From the NCBI GenBank assembly GCA_035448805.1, contig DAOTJR010000003.1, forward strand, positions 66,062-130,061: 64,000 bases of DNA, written 5' to 3'. Positions 9,086 through 17,803 of this stretch are shown piece by piece. This stretch comes from Syntrophales bacterium (GTDB lineage Bacteria; Desulfobacterota; Syntrophia; Syntrophales; UBA8958). Each line of letters starts with the position of its first letter. The stretch's first letter is position 1. The notes under the pieces were generated by a model. That model did not search any database. It worked only from the letters and a program-made list of their open reading frames with translations, and was not told the DNA's origin. Position numbers and translations under genes: made by a program.

Positions 9086-10114
9086 ATGAAAAAGGCGTTC
9101 ATCACCGGGATAACAGGCCAGGACGGGTCATATCTGGCGGAATTACTCCTCGGCAAGGGCTACGAGGTCCACGGTTTGATCCGTCGGGCCAGCACCTTCA
9201 ATACGGACCGCATAGATCATCTCTACCGGGACTTCCATGATCCCCAGGCCCGGGTCTATCTCCACTACGGCGATCTCGCCGTTTCCGGACAACTGACGGA
9301 TCTTCTCCACGACATCCGGCCCGACGAGATCTATCATCTGGGCGCCCAGAGCCATGTGCGGGTCAGCTTCGACATGGCGGAATACACCGGCGACGTCACC
9401 GGACTGGGAACGCTCCGGCTCCTGGAAGCGATCCGCAGATCGGGGATCAAATCCCGGTTCTATCAGGCCTCTTCCAGCGAGATGTTCGGAGCCGCCCCGC
9501 CCCCCCAGAGCGAAACCACCCTCTTCCAGCCCCAGAGCCCCTACGCCGCCGCCAAGGTTTATGCCTACTACATCGTCAGGAACTATCGCGAGGCCTACCG
9601 GATCTTTGCCGCCAACGGCATCCTGTTCAATCATGAATCGCCGCGGCGCGGCGAGACCTTCGTCACCCGGAAGATCACCCGGGCGGCGACGCGGATCAAA
9701 CTCGGCCTCCAGGAAAAACTCTTTCTCGGCAATCTCGAGGCCAAGCGGGACTGGGGCTTCGCCGGGGACTACGTAGAGGCCATGTGGCTCATGCTCCAGC
9801 AGGAAGAACCGGACGATTTCGTCATCGCCACCGGCGAAACCCACTCCGTGCGGGAATTTGCCCGGCGCGTCTTCGAGAAGCTGGATCTGGACTATGAAAA
9901 ATACGTCGCCATCGACCGGCGGTATTTCCGGCCCACGGAGGTGGACGTCCTCCTCGGCGATGCCACCAAGGCCCGGACCAGGCTCGGCTGGCAGCCCCGG
10001 GTAAGCTTTGAAGGCCTGATCGACATGATGATCGCCGCCGACATGGAAAGTGCGGAAAAGGAAAAGACCCTGTGCAACGCCGGGTATGTTACGGGGAATC
10101 ACAATCAGCTTTGA
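9086..10114 (+). CDS. gmd: GDP-mannose 4,6-dehydratase
   Basis: [41 protein letters not shown] and [10 protein letters not shown] are hallmark Gmd motifs. Confidence 0.95.
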   Translation: MKKAFITGITGQDGSYLAELLLGKGYEVHGLIRRASTFNTDRIDHLYRDFHDPQARVYLHYGDLAVSGQLTDLLHDIRPDEIYHLGAQSHVRVSFDMAEYTGDVTGLGTLRLLEAIRRSGIKSRFYQASSSEMFGAAPPPQSETTLFQPQSPYAAAKVYAYYIVRNYREAYRIFAANGILFNHESPRRGETFVTRKITRAATRIKLGLQEKLFLGNLEAKRDWGFAGDYVEAMWLMLQQEEPDDFVIATGETHSVREFARRVFEKLDLDYEKYVAIDRRYFRPTEVDVLLGDATKARTRLGWQPRVSFEGLIDMMIAADMESAEKEKTLCNAGYVTGNHNQL

Positions 10115-10264
10115 GCCGCCGTTCCGGACCGTTACGGGGCCGGCACGCGGACGGTCATTCGTGAGAGTTTTTTGAAAACAACAGCAACCGGATGGAAAGG
10201 CACATTTTTTTCCACCCCCAACCGGTTTGGAAAGTCATCGACTTTGGGGAGGCAGCGGCAGGGA

Positions 10265-11209
10265 ATGAAGAACAAGCGCATTACCGTCACCGGCGGCAAA
10301 GGCTTTTTGGGCACCCATCTCATCCGGGGATTCCGGGAGCGGGGTTACGAGAACATCATGATCGCCGATTTGCCGGAATACAACTTGATCCGTCTGGAAG
10401 ACGTCCGGCGGCTGTATTCGGAAACAAAACCGGATATCGTCATCCACCTGGCCGCCAAAGTGGGGGGGATCGGATTCAACCGGGAACATCCCGGCGCCCT
10501 CTTTTACGAAAACATCATGATGGGCACCCAGCTCATCCACGAGGGATATCTGCACGGGATCGAAAAGCTGGTGGCCTTAGGCACGATCTGCGCCTATCCC
10601 AAATTCACCCCCGTACCGTTCCGGGAAGAGGACCTCTGGAACGGTTATCCCGAAGAGACCAACGCCCCATACGGACTGGCCAAGAAGATGATGCTGGTTC
10701 AGGCCCAGGCCTACCGCCGGCAATACGGGTTCAATGCCATTTTTCTCCTCCCTGTCAATCTTTACGGACCGGGAGACAACTTCGACCCCCGTTCCTCCCA
10801 TGTCATCCCCGCCTTGATAAAAAAATGTGTGGATGCTAAAAGGATGGGAGAGGAAGCAATCACCGTCTGGGGCACAGGCCGGGCCACCAGGGAATTCTTC
10901 TATGTGGAAGATGCCGCCGAAGCCATCATCATGGCCACGGAAAGATACAATCGCCCTGAACCGGTCAACATCGGCGCGGGTTTCGAGATCTCCATCCGCG
11001 AACTGGCGGCGTTGATCGTCGAGCTGACCGGATTCAAAGGCCGAATAGACTGGGATACCAGTCAGCCCGACGGCCAGCCCCGGCGGATGCTCGATACGAA
11101 CCGGGCCTCGCGGGAAATAGGATTCCGGGCCCGAACCGATTTCCGGGAGGGACTGAAGCGAACCATCTCCTGGTATGAAACCGAAGGGATCAAGAGAAAA
11201 TATGACTAA
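10265..11209 (+). CDS. fcl: GDP-L-fucose synthase
   Basis: The tracked ORF starts at 10172; ATG at 10265 gives the usual N terminus [36 protein letters not shown] and the position directly after gmd support Fcl/WcaG. Confidence 0.9.
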   Translation: MKNKRITVTGGKGFLGTHLIRGFRERGYENIMIADLPEYNLIRLEDVRRLYSETKPDIVIHLAAKVGGIGFNREHPGALFYENIMMGTQLIHEGYLHGIEKLVALGTICAYPKFTPVPFREEDLWNGYPEETNAPYGLAKKMMLVQAQAYRRQYGFNAIFLLPVNLYGPGDNFDPRSSHVIPALIKKCVDAKRMGEEAITVWGTGRATREFFYVEDAAEAIIMATERYNRPEPVNIGAGFEISIRELAALIVELTGFKGRIDWDTSQPDGQPRRMLDTNRASREIGFRARTDFREGLKRTISWYETEGIKRKYD

Positions 11210-11268
11210 AGATGCCCGTCATTTTTTGTTGACTTCCCCAACCTGTCGTGTTAAGAGGCGCTGCGCCG

Positions 11269-11553
11269 ATGGATAAAGAAGGCCGGAAAGCATACGTACA
11301 GATGGCCTATGCCAGCAGTATCGGCTTCGCCTTCGTCCTGCTGATCTTTGGCGGCCTCTTTCTAGGCAACTGGCTGGACAAGAAGATGGGCACCTCCTTC
11401 TTCTTCACCGTCTTGCTTTTTATTATGGGCGTCGTCGGCGGTTTTAGAAATATTTATGTCCTGATCAACAAATCTTTTCAGGACGATAAAATTATCATCA
11501 AGAGCATAAAAAGTGAACCTCACCGGAAAAGACCCGCTCCAGCAAAGGCTTGA
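11269..11553 (+). CDS. AtpZ/AtpR-like small membrane protein of the F0 operon
   Basis: First ATG within the tracked ORF. Two hydrophobic helices with the pattern GxxFLGNWLDKKMGT typical of AtpZ. It precedes atpI and atpB. Confidence 0.6.
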   Translation: MDKEGRKAYVQMAYASSIGFAFVLLIFGGLFLGNWLDKKMGTSFFFTVLLFIMGVVGGFRNIYVLINKSFQDDKIIIKSIKSEPHRKRPAPAKA

Positions 11554-11908
11554 AATCGCCAACTGGGTCGTCCTCGCCGTTTTAGTCCTCACCGGTGCCT
11601 TCCTGTTTTCCCTGAAATTCACCCTGGGCATCCTTCTGGGCGGTCTGATCAGCATCGTCAACTATCACTGGCTCTGCCGGGACGTAAAGAAGGTCTTTCA
11701 ACACCTTACCGACCGTGCCAAGTCCCGGATCATGTTCAAATACTACATCCGCTTCGGGGTGACTGCCGTCGTCCTCTATTTCATCGTTTCCAGCGGCATC
11801 GTGGACGTCATCGGCCTGCTGATCGGACTTTCCACGGTCATTGTCAATATCGTTTTAACTGCCGTCATGGCGCTATCAAAAAAAAATTGCGTTGAGGAGG
11901 TCAATTAG
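11513..11908 (+). CDS. atpI: ATP synthase protein I (AtpI-like)
   Basis: 131-aa four-helix membrane protein directly upstream of atpB. GTG start. The 41-nt overlap with the preceding gene makes the start uncertain. Confidence 0.55.
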   Translation: MNLTGKDPLQQRLEIANWVVLAVLVLTGAFLFSLKFTLGILLGGLISIVNYHWLCRDVKKVFQHLTDRAKSRIMFKYYIRFGVTAVVLYFIVSSGIVDVIGLLIGLSTVIVNIVLTAVMALSKKNCVEEVN

Positions 11909-11911
11909 AAG

Positions 11912-12571
11912 ATGCACAGTCTGTCTTTCCTGCAATTGATATTACCGGGGGTTCCCACATATATCACGTATACGTGGTTCGTGATGGTCCTGTTGGCCCT
12001 CTTTTCCTTCCTGGCCACCCGTCGTCTTTCTCTGACGCCGGGGGGGTTCCAGAACACTATGGAGGTCTTCGTCAGCGCCATCGACAAGTTGCTCATCGAC
12101 ACGATGGGCCCTCATGGGAAGAGATTTTTTCCCCTTATCGCCACCCTGGGTTTCTTCATCCTCACCTCGAACCTCATCGGTCTGATTCCCGGGCTGGAGT
12201 CCCCGACGGCCAACTTGAACACCACCGTGGCCATGGCCCTTGTGGTCTTCTTCCTGACCCACATCGTCGGCGTCCAAATCCAGGGCCTCAAATACTTCAA
12301 ACAGTTCCTTGGCCCGGTCTGGTGGCTGACCCCCCTGATGCTGCCTATCGAACTCGTCAGCCACATCTCCCGGCCCGTCTCCCTCTCCATGCGTCTTTTC
12401 GGGAACATCGAAGGCGGTCACATCGTCCTCTTCGTTCTGTTCATCCTCGTCCCGTTGCTGGTGCCCCTGCCCATTCTCGTCCTGAAACTCCTGATTTCCT
12501 TCATCCAGACCCTGGTCTTCATGCTCCTGTCCATGATGTACATCGCCGGGGCAATGGAAGAACATCATTAA
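11912..12571 (+). CDS. atpB: F0F1 ATP synthase subunit a
   Basis: 219 aa. Conserved SLSMRLFGN (essential Arg), NLIGLIPG and the C-terminal helices [15 protein letters not shown]. Confidence 0.9.
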   Translation: MHSLSFLQLILPGVPTYITYTWFVMVLLALFSFLATRRLSLTPGGFQNTMEVFVSAIDKLLIDTMGPHGKRFFPLIATLGFFILTSNLIGLIPGLESPTANLNTTVAMALVVFFLTHIVGVQIQGLKYFKQFLGPVWWLTPLMLPIELVSHISRPVSLSMRLFGNIEGGHIVLFVLFILVPLLVPLPILVLKLLISFIQTLVFMLLSMMYIAGAMEEHH

Positions 12572-12626
12572 GCGAAGAAGATTCACCGGTATCGAAACAA
12601 AAGTATCCGTAATCACTAAAAGACAG

Positions 12627-12661
12627 GCGGGGGACCCGTGGGGGTCCCCCGCTTTTTTTTT
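12627..12661 (+). terminator. Rho-independent terminator after atpB
   Basis: GCGGGGGACCC (12627-12637) pairs perfectly with GGGTCCCCCGC (12642-12652), with a 4-nt loop, followed by nine T. Confidence 0.85.
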
Positions 12662-12937
12662 ACTGCCGAACCAAGATTCCGTATTTCGTCTCGAACCGGG
12701 CCTTATGCCTGCAGGCGGGCAGAGCGAAAGGTGAGCATACCCGCCTGCTTGCGGATATCCTCAGATCAAAAGCCGTCTCCGGTTTCCCGGCGGCCGGCGG
12801 CAACACCGCTGAGGGGGAACCGTCCCGCATCGCCAGAACCGGGAAAACGGCAAAGCGCCGTTTTAGTCTGAAAATCGCCCCCGACGTTTCCCTGGCGATA
12901 TTTTCATCGTTCGTGGGTGCGTCCCCGGAACGAAAAC

Positions 12938-13189
12938 TTACTTCTTTATCTCTTCATCAAAGGTATCTCGAGAGATTTCTTTGATTTCCGAGCTCTGAAT
13001 GGTAACAACCGCCCCCGTCCTGGCATCTTTGAATTCTACCCCGCCGGTCTTGGTTTTCTCGTATTCCTTGGAAAAATATACATTCTTGGATACGGGATCG
13101 GTTATTTTGTAATAGTGGGAACCTCCACAACCAATTAGCACCGACAGGATAAAACAAAAAACAACCACTCGCCGAAGTCTTTTCTGCAT
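12938..13189 (-). CDS. Small lipoprotein (YgdI/YgdR, DUF903-like)
   Basis: 83 aa. Lipobox LIGC after a basic/hydrophobic leader. The mature part resembles DUF903 SH3-like lipoproteins (by eye). Confidence 0.6.
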   Translation of the reverse strand: MQKRLRRVVVFCFILSVLIGCGGSHYYKITDPVSKNVYFSKEYEKTKTGGVEFKDARTGAVVTIQSSEIKEISRDTFDEEIKK

Positions 13190-13384
13190 CGCAATTCTCC
13201 TTTTTTCTTTTTCAGTCCGGGGCGAAAATGCGCTTCCAATTTGCGCCCGCCGCCCGTCAAGGCTGTCCCGGTCTACATATGAATAGTGATCCCCATTTTT
13301 GTCAAGAAGAAAGCGGCTCTGGACAGTTTACGGCACTAACAAAAGGGCGCCGGCAAAGACGGGCGACGACTCACGAGGCCCCTC

Positions 13385-13412
13385 TTGACAACCTCCGTTT
13401 GGTGAATATATT
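13385..13412 (+). promoter_or_regulatory. Candidate sigma70-type promoter of the hsp20 cluster
   Basis: TTGACA (13385-13390), a 16-nt spacer, then TATATT (13407-13412), about 125 nt upstream of the first hsp20 ATG. Confidence 0.4.
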
Positions 13413-13536
13413 AGGGCCGCAAAGACAATAACCCTTATAAAACAGGATGTTGAACATTTCTACCGGGCCGGTGCGGCTTGGGGACGGCAAAGATGAATCA
13501 AATAATTATTTATAGATGAGGAAAGGAGGACAGACT

Positions 13537-13974
13537 ATGTTGGGAGCATGGAGATTTGGGAGGTTATTAGATCCATATGCAGAGCTGTCGCGTCTGCGCA
13601 ACGAGATGAACCGCTTGTTTACCGGGTCAACCCATCCCTTTGTACAGGTCTATCCGGCAGTGAATATATGGGTTGACGATCAGGAAGCCGTAATTACGGC
13701 GGAATTGCCCGGTGTGAACCCGGAGGAGATCGATATTTCGGTTCTGGGCGAAAGCATCACCCTTGCGGGAAGCCGAAAGCAGGATGTCTTGAAGGAGAAT
13801 GAGACCTACCATCGTAAAGAAAGAAACGGCAGTCGCTTTTCGAGAACCCTGCAGCTTCCCTTCCGTATCGACGCCGCCGGGATCGAGGCCCGTTACGAGA
13901 AGGGGATCCTGAAGGTCAAAGCGCCGCGAGCGGCGGAAGACAAGCCCAAAAAGATAGCGATCAAGGCGGCTTAG
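13537..13974 (+). CDS. Hsp20/alpha-crystallin small heat-shock protein 1
   Basis: ATG at 13537 is preceded by AGGAAAGGAGGA. Alpha-crystallin core (VITAELPGV...ISV...LTLAG...SRFSRTLQLP...GILKVKAP). Confidence 0.9.
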   Translation: MLGAWRFGRLLDPYAELSRLRNEMNRLFTGSTHPFVQVYPAVNIWVDDQEAVITAELPGVNPEEIDISVLGESITLAGSRKQDVLKENETYHRKERNGSRFSRTLQLPFRIDAAGIEARYEKGILKVKAPRAAEDKPKKIAIKAA

Positions 13975-13994
13975 GGAAAGGAGGTAGAGTGGAT

Positions 13995-14402
13995 ATGGAA
14001 AAAGAGGCATTGGATTTACAGAAACAGCAGGCGCAAAACCCTCTGGAAACGGAACGGACGAGAAACCGTAAGGTCTATGTGCCGAAGGTGGATATATATG
14101 AGACGAAGGATGCCATGGTCTTGATCGCCGACATGCCGGGAGTGGATGAACAATCGGTGGATGTGACCCTGGAAAAGAACATCCTCACGATAACCGGTAA
14201 TGTAGAAGCCGCTGTCTTTGAAGGCAAAACCTTGGCCTATGCCGAGTATGATATTGGCGATTACCAGCGGGCCTTCACCATTTCCGATGAAGTCGACCAG
14301 GACCGGATCGAGGCCGCCGTGGAAAACGGCGTGCTGCGGGTGACCCTTCCCAAGGTCGAAAAGGCAAAGATCAAGAAAATCGCCATCAAGGGAGAAAAAT
14401 AA
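13995..14402 (+). CDS. Hsp20/alpha-crystallin small heat-shock protein 2
   Basis: AAGGAGG RBS. Start is ATG 13995 (or GTG 13989). Motifs LIADMPGV, LTITG, AFTISDEV, GVLRVTLPK. Confidence 0.9.
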   Translation: MEKEALDLQKQQAQNPLETERTRNRKVYVPKVDIYETKDAMVLIADMPGVDEQSVDVTLEKNILTITGNVEAAVFEGKTLAYAEYDIGDYQRAFTISDEVDQDRIEAAVENGVLRVTLPKVEKAKIKKIAIKGEK

Positions 14403-14465
14403 CCGCTCCGGCTTCCGGGCCGGAGCGCAATTCCAATGTAATAAAAGAGAAAGGAGGAACAGTTT

Positions 14466-14963
14466 ATGATCGGAAGAGATTTTTTACCATCCCTCTGGAA
14501 TTCATCCGCTGCTCCTTCCCGGCCGGCGGACGATAATCCTTTCTTCAGTATTCAGAGGGAAATGAACCGCCTCTTTGACGACTTTTTCCGGGGCGCGGAC
14601 CTGATGCCCGCCCGGGAACGGTTGAACCGTTTTGTCCCCTCCCTGGACGTGCGGGAGAACGACAAGGAAGTAACCATTAAGGCCGAACTCCCGGGCATGG
14701 ACGAAAAGGATGTGGAGTTGCTCGTGACGGAAAACAGCCTGACACTCAAGGGCGAAAAGAAGGAAGAGAAGGAAGATAAGGGGAAGGATTACTACCACAT
14801 GGAAAGATCCTACGGTTCCTTCCAAAGGGTGATCCCCCTCCCCGAGGGTATTGATATCAACAAGGTCGAGGCCAAATTCAAGAAAGGCGTCCTCAGCATC
14901 AACCTGCCGAAACTGGAAAGCGCCCGGACCAAAGGGAAAAAGATCGAAATCAAGAGCGCATAG
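14466..14963 (+). CDS. Hsp20/alpha-crystallin small heat-shock protein 3
   Basis: AAAGGAGG RBS. Motifs IKAELPGM, LTLKGEKK, GSFQRVIPLP, GVLSINLPK. Confidence 0.9.
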   Translation: MIGRDFLPSLWNSSAAPSRPADDNPFFSIQREMNRLFDDFFRGADLMPARERLNRFVPSLDVRENDKEVTIKAELPGMDEKDVELLVTENSLTLKGEKKEEKEDKGKDYYHMERSYGSFQRVIPLPEGIDINKVEAKFKKGVLSINLPKLESARTKGKKIEIKSA

Positions 14964-14979
14964 CAACCATCTCCCCTGA

Positions 14980-15020
14980 CTTTCATCATCCCGGCCGCCG
15001 TGCCGGGATGATGAAAGTTT
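14980..15020 (+). terminator. Terminator-like hairpin after the third hsp20 gene
   Basis: CTTTCATCATCCCGGC (14980-14995) pairs with GCCGGGATGATGAAAG (15002-15017), followed by TTT. Confidence 0.6.
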
Positions 15021-15528
15021 CCCCCGGGAAACGCCGCACCGCCGGCAGACAATACCACCTCCCCGGCCCACTGTTGTCATAGCCCCACACCGGCAGGCTC
15101 TCAAAAAGACAAAACCTGGAAAGCCATGACGGCTGCTTTTCAGATTGTCAAAGATCGTACCGCCGTCAGCCGTTATCTCTGACCGACTGCCGCACCTTAA
15201 TCAATTTTGAAACAAATACCAAAATGGGTTCACCAGACGGTTACGGCTTGCCGTCAAAAAGGCGGATGAAAGCGCGGCTTCATGTTCATAAAGTGCATCC
15301 TGATGCCTTCATAAAAAACACTCATGCCCCGGGGGGCATCATGCAGCATGAAAATGACGTTCGCACAGCAAGTCATCATGGCAACGACGAAGAAAGAAGA
15401 TTCCGAGGCAAGGCTTGTAAATACCTTGGAATGACAATCAGTTATGAGTGTGTCGCCGTCCCGGGGGAGGAAGCGCGTGCGCTGTATACAAACCGCTAAC
15501 GATGTCATAAGGTTTCCTTTTCTCTCAA

Positions 15529-15652
15529 AAATGCGTGCATATGTTATTGATCTACAACGGTTTATCATTGACGGAACCGCCGCGGACACTGGGGAGCGCG
15601 TCCCGCCATTTTCATCCTGATTTGTGACGGCGTGCCGTCATGGGGGTTTCAT
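15529..15652 (+). repeat. Intergenic repeat, copy B (conserved core)
   Basis: About 90% identical to the reverse complement of 3793..3915. Same hairpin TGACGG-N4-CCGTCA (15625-15640), with differences confined to the loop. Confidence 0.85.
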
Positions 15653-15816
15653 GCAGGTCTTCTCATCCCCCGCATATGCTGCGGCCAGGTCACAATCCCA
15701 TTGACTGCTGTGAAGTCTTTTCCTATAGTTCGGGGGCCGGAGGCCGGATAGGGATGCCGAACCGGGGGCAACAAATAAAAGATCGCGGCAAGCCCGGAGA
15801 AAGGAGGTGGGTAAAG

Positions 15817-16734
15817 TTGCACAGGCCACCGAACAAGAGACCCGGCAGTGCCGACAGCTCTATCTTTCTCCTGACCATGGTGATCGTCCTGGTGGTTCTC
15901 TGCCTACCCGGAAACGTCCGAGGACAAAGAGGGGAAACGATCGCCGACAACCGCCGGCAACCTGTCATCGTGATGATCCACGGCATGTTCGTCGGGCCCT
16001 GGTGCTGGGATGAATACCGCGGTTATTTCGAAAAGCGGGGCTACCGGGTCCTCACCCCCACGCTCCGCCATCATGACCTTCCCTTGAGCGCCCCGCCGCC
16101 GGCGGAGCTGATGCAGACCGGCATCGGTGATTACGCCGCCGACGTGGAAAAAGAGATCCGCGCCTTGAGTGACAAGCCCGTCATCATCGGTCATTCCATG
16201 GGCGGGCTCATCGCCCAGCTCCTCGCCGCCAGGGGCCTGGCCCGGGCCGCCGTCCTCATCGCCCCGGCGGTTCCCCGGGGGATCAGCCCCGTCTCCTGGA
16301 CGGGGATCAAGAGCGCCTGGATGAACCGGCAGCGCCTGGGCCACTGGGGGGAGCCCCTGCGGCCCACCTTTGCCGGCGCCGTTTATTCCTCCCTCCACCT
16401 GCTGCCCCCGGAAGACCGGGAAAAGGTCTTTTCCCGCTTCACCTACGAATCCCCCCGGGCGGCCGGGCAGATAAGCTTCTGGTTCTTCGACCCGAAGAAA
16501 AGCACCGCCGTGGACGCCGAGCGGGTAACCTGCCCGGTCCTCACCATCGCCGGCGGCCAGGACCGCCTTGTCCCCCCGGGAATCGTCAGGAAGATCCACG
16601 ACAAATACCGGCACGTGTCCACCTACCGGGAATTCGCCAACCACTCCCATTTCCTCATCGCCGAGCCGGGGTGGGAGGAGGCGGCGCAGGAGATCGACGG
16701 GTGGCTTCGGGAAAAGACCGGCACCAGGCAATGA
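15817..16734 (+). CDS. Alpha/beta-fold hydrolase (lysophospholipase-like), probably exported
   Basis: The tracked ORF starts inside the repeat at 15640. TTG at 15817 follows GGAGG at a 9-nt spacing and gives a signal-like N terminus. Nucleophile elbow GHSMGG; HG motif MIHGMF. Confidence 0.7.
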   Translation: MHRPPNKRPGSADSSIFLLTMVIVLVVLCLPGNVRGQRGETIADNRRQPVIVMIHGMFVGPWCWDEYRGYFEKRGYRVLTPTLRHHDLPLSAPPPAELMQTGIGDYAADVEKEIRALSDKPVIIGHSMGGLIAQLLAARGLARAAVLIAPAVPRGISPVSWTGIKSAWMNRQRLGHWGEPLRPTFAGAVYSSLHLLPPEDREKVFSRFTYESPRAAGQISFWFFDPKKSTAVDAERVTCPVLTIAGGQDRLVPPGIVRKIHDKYRHVSTYREFANHSHFLIAEPGWEEAAQEIDGWLREKTGTRQ

Positions 16735-17048
16735 CCTTTCCCGCAGCCTCGGGAAGGGAAACAGCTGCGGAAGCTTTTGGGCACGCTTCCCGAAGCATCG
16801 GCGCGGCGTGAAAAGAGGGGCCGTCCCGCCGGCTCGGAAATCAATTTCGGCAACGACAGTATCCAGAGAAAGGAAAAGGTCATGAACAAAATCGCCGGCG
16901 GTACCCTGTCTTTTTGTCATTACTCGTGTCGATTTTTGCCGCCGGTGCCGGCGCCGGGGACGGCCCGGCCGTTAAGCATCGGGAAGCGGTCGGTACGGAT
17001 ACGGGTTTGCGGCGGTAAACTGTTTTTCCCGCCCGCCGGAAGCGTTTT

Positions 17049-17687
17049 TCACGTCAGAAAAAACAGGAATCCGAGGAAGTGGCAGGCGCTGCCGAGGAGG
17101 ACAAAGATGTGCCACAGCACGTGGTGATACCGCATCTGCTTGCGGACATAGAAAAAAACGCCGCCGGTGTAGAAAAGACCGCCTGCCAGCAGCCACCATA
17201 AGAGGCCCCGCGGCACCATCGTGATCATTGGTTTTGCTGCGATCACGGCCAACCATCCCATTCCCAGATAGATCGTCAATGATATCCATCGCCTACGGCC
17301 CAGGAAAAAAAATTCGTAGCTCATGCCGCCCAGGGCGACGGCCCAGATGAGGCCGAAAAGCGTCCAACCCCATACCCCGGGGAGGCTGATGAGGGCAACG
17401 GGGGTGTAAGTCCCGGCAATCAGGAGGAATATGGAAAGATGGTCGAAGTGGCGGAAGCAGAGCTTGCGCCGTTCGTCGCGGCAACCGTGATAGAGCGTCG
17501 AGGCCAGGTAGAGGATAATGAGCGAGCCGCCGTAGATGGAAAAACTGATGACCCGCCATGCGTCGCCCTGCCGCAGGGCGGGCAGCACGAGCACCGCCAG
17601 CCCCGCCACGGCCAGCGCCGCGCCGATGCCGTGGGTGATGCTGTGAAATAATTCCTCGGTCCGGGTGTATGGCATCGGCAGCCGCAT
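17049..17687 (-). CDS. Hemolysin III / PAQR family membrane protein
   Basis: 212 aa, seven hydrophobic segments. N-terminal EELFHSITHGIG and C-terminal HHVLWHIFVL motifs. Confidence 0.85.
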   Translation of the reverse strand: MRLPMPYTRTEELFHSITHGIGAALAVAGLAVLVLPALRQGDAWRVISFSIYGGSLIILYLASTLYHGCRDERRKLCFRHFDHLSIFLLIAGTYTPVALISLPGVWGWTLFGLIWAVALGGMSYEFFFLGRRRWISLTIYLGMGWLAVIAAKPMITMVPRGLLWWLLAGGLFYTGGVFFYVRKQMRYHHVLWHIFVLLGSACHFLGFLFFLT

Positions 17688-17803
17688 AAGCGGGTCACAT
17701 CACAAGATCAAGCCCCGGCGCAAAAGATACCGTCGGTAAGGTCGGGACAGCAATTTGGGTTTATGGGGCGATCATGCATCGCCGTATTCCGGTTAACCAG
17801 GGG

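Noticed and set aside
13291-13298. CCCCATTT, which resembles the sigma32 -10 element, upstream of the hsp20 cluster
   Set aside because: There is no CTTGAA-like -35 at the required 13-17 nt spacing, and the element is about 240 nt from the first hsp20 start.
16777-17127. A 116-aa ORF, with an internal ATG at about 16881 preceded by a GGAAAAGG-like RBS, in the hydrolase/hemolysin-III gap
   Set aside because: It overlaps the 3' end of the well-supported hemolysin-III gene on the other strand. It has a basic, low-complexity composition and no motif.
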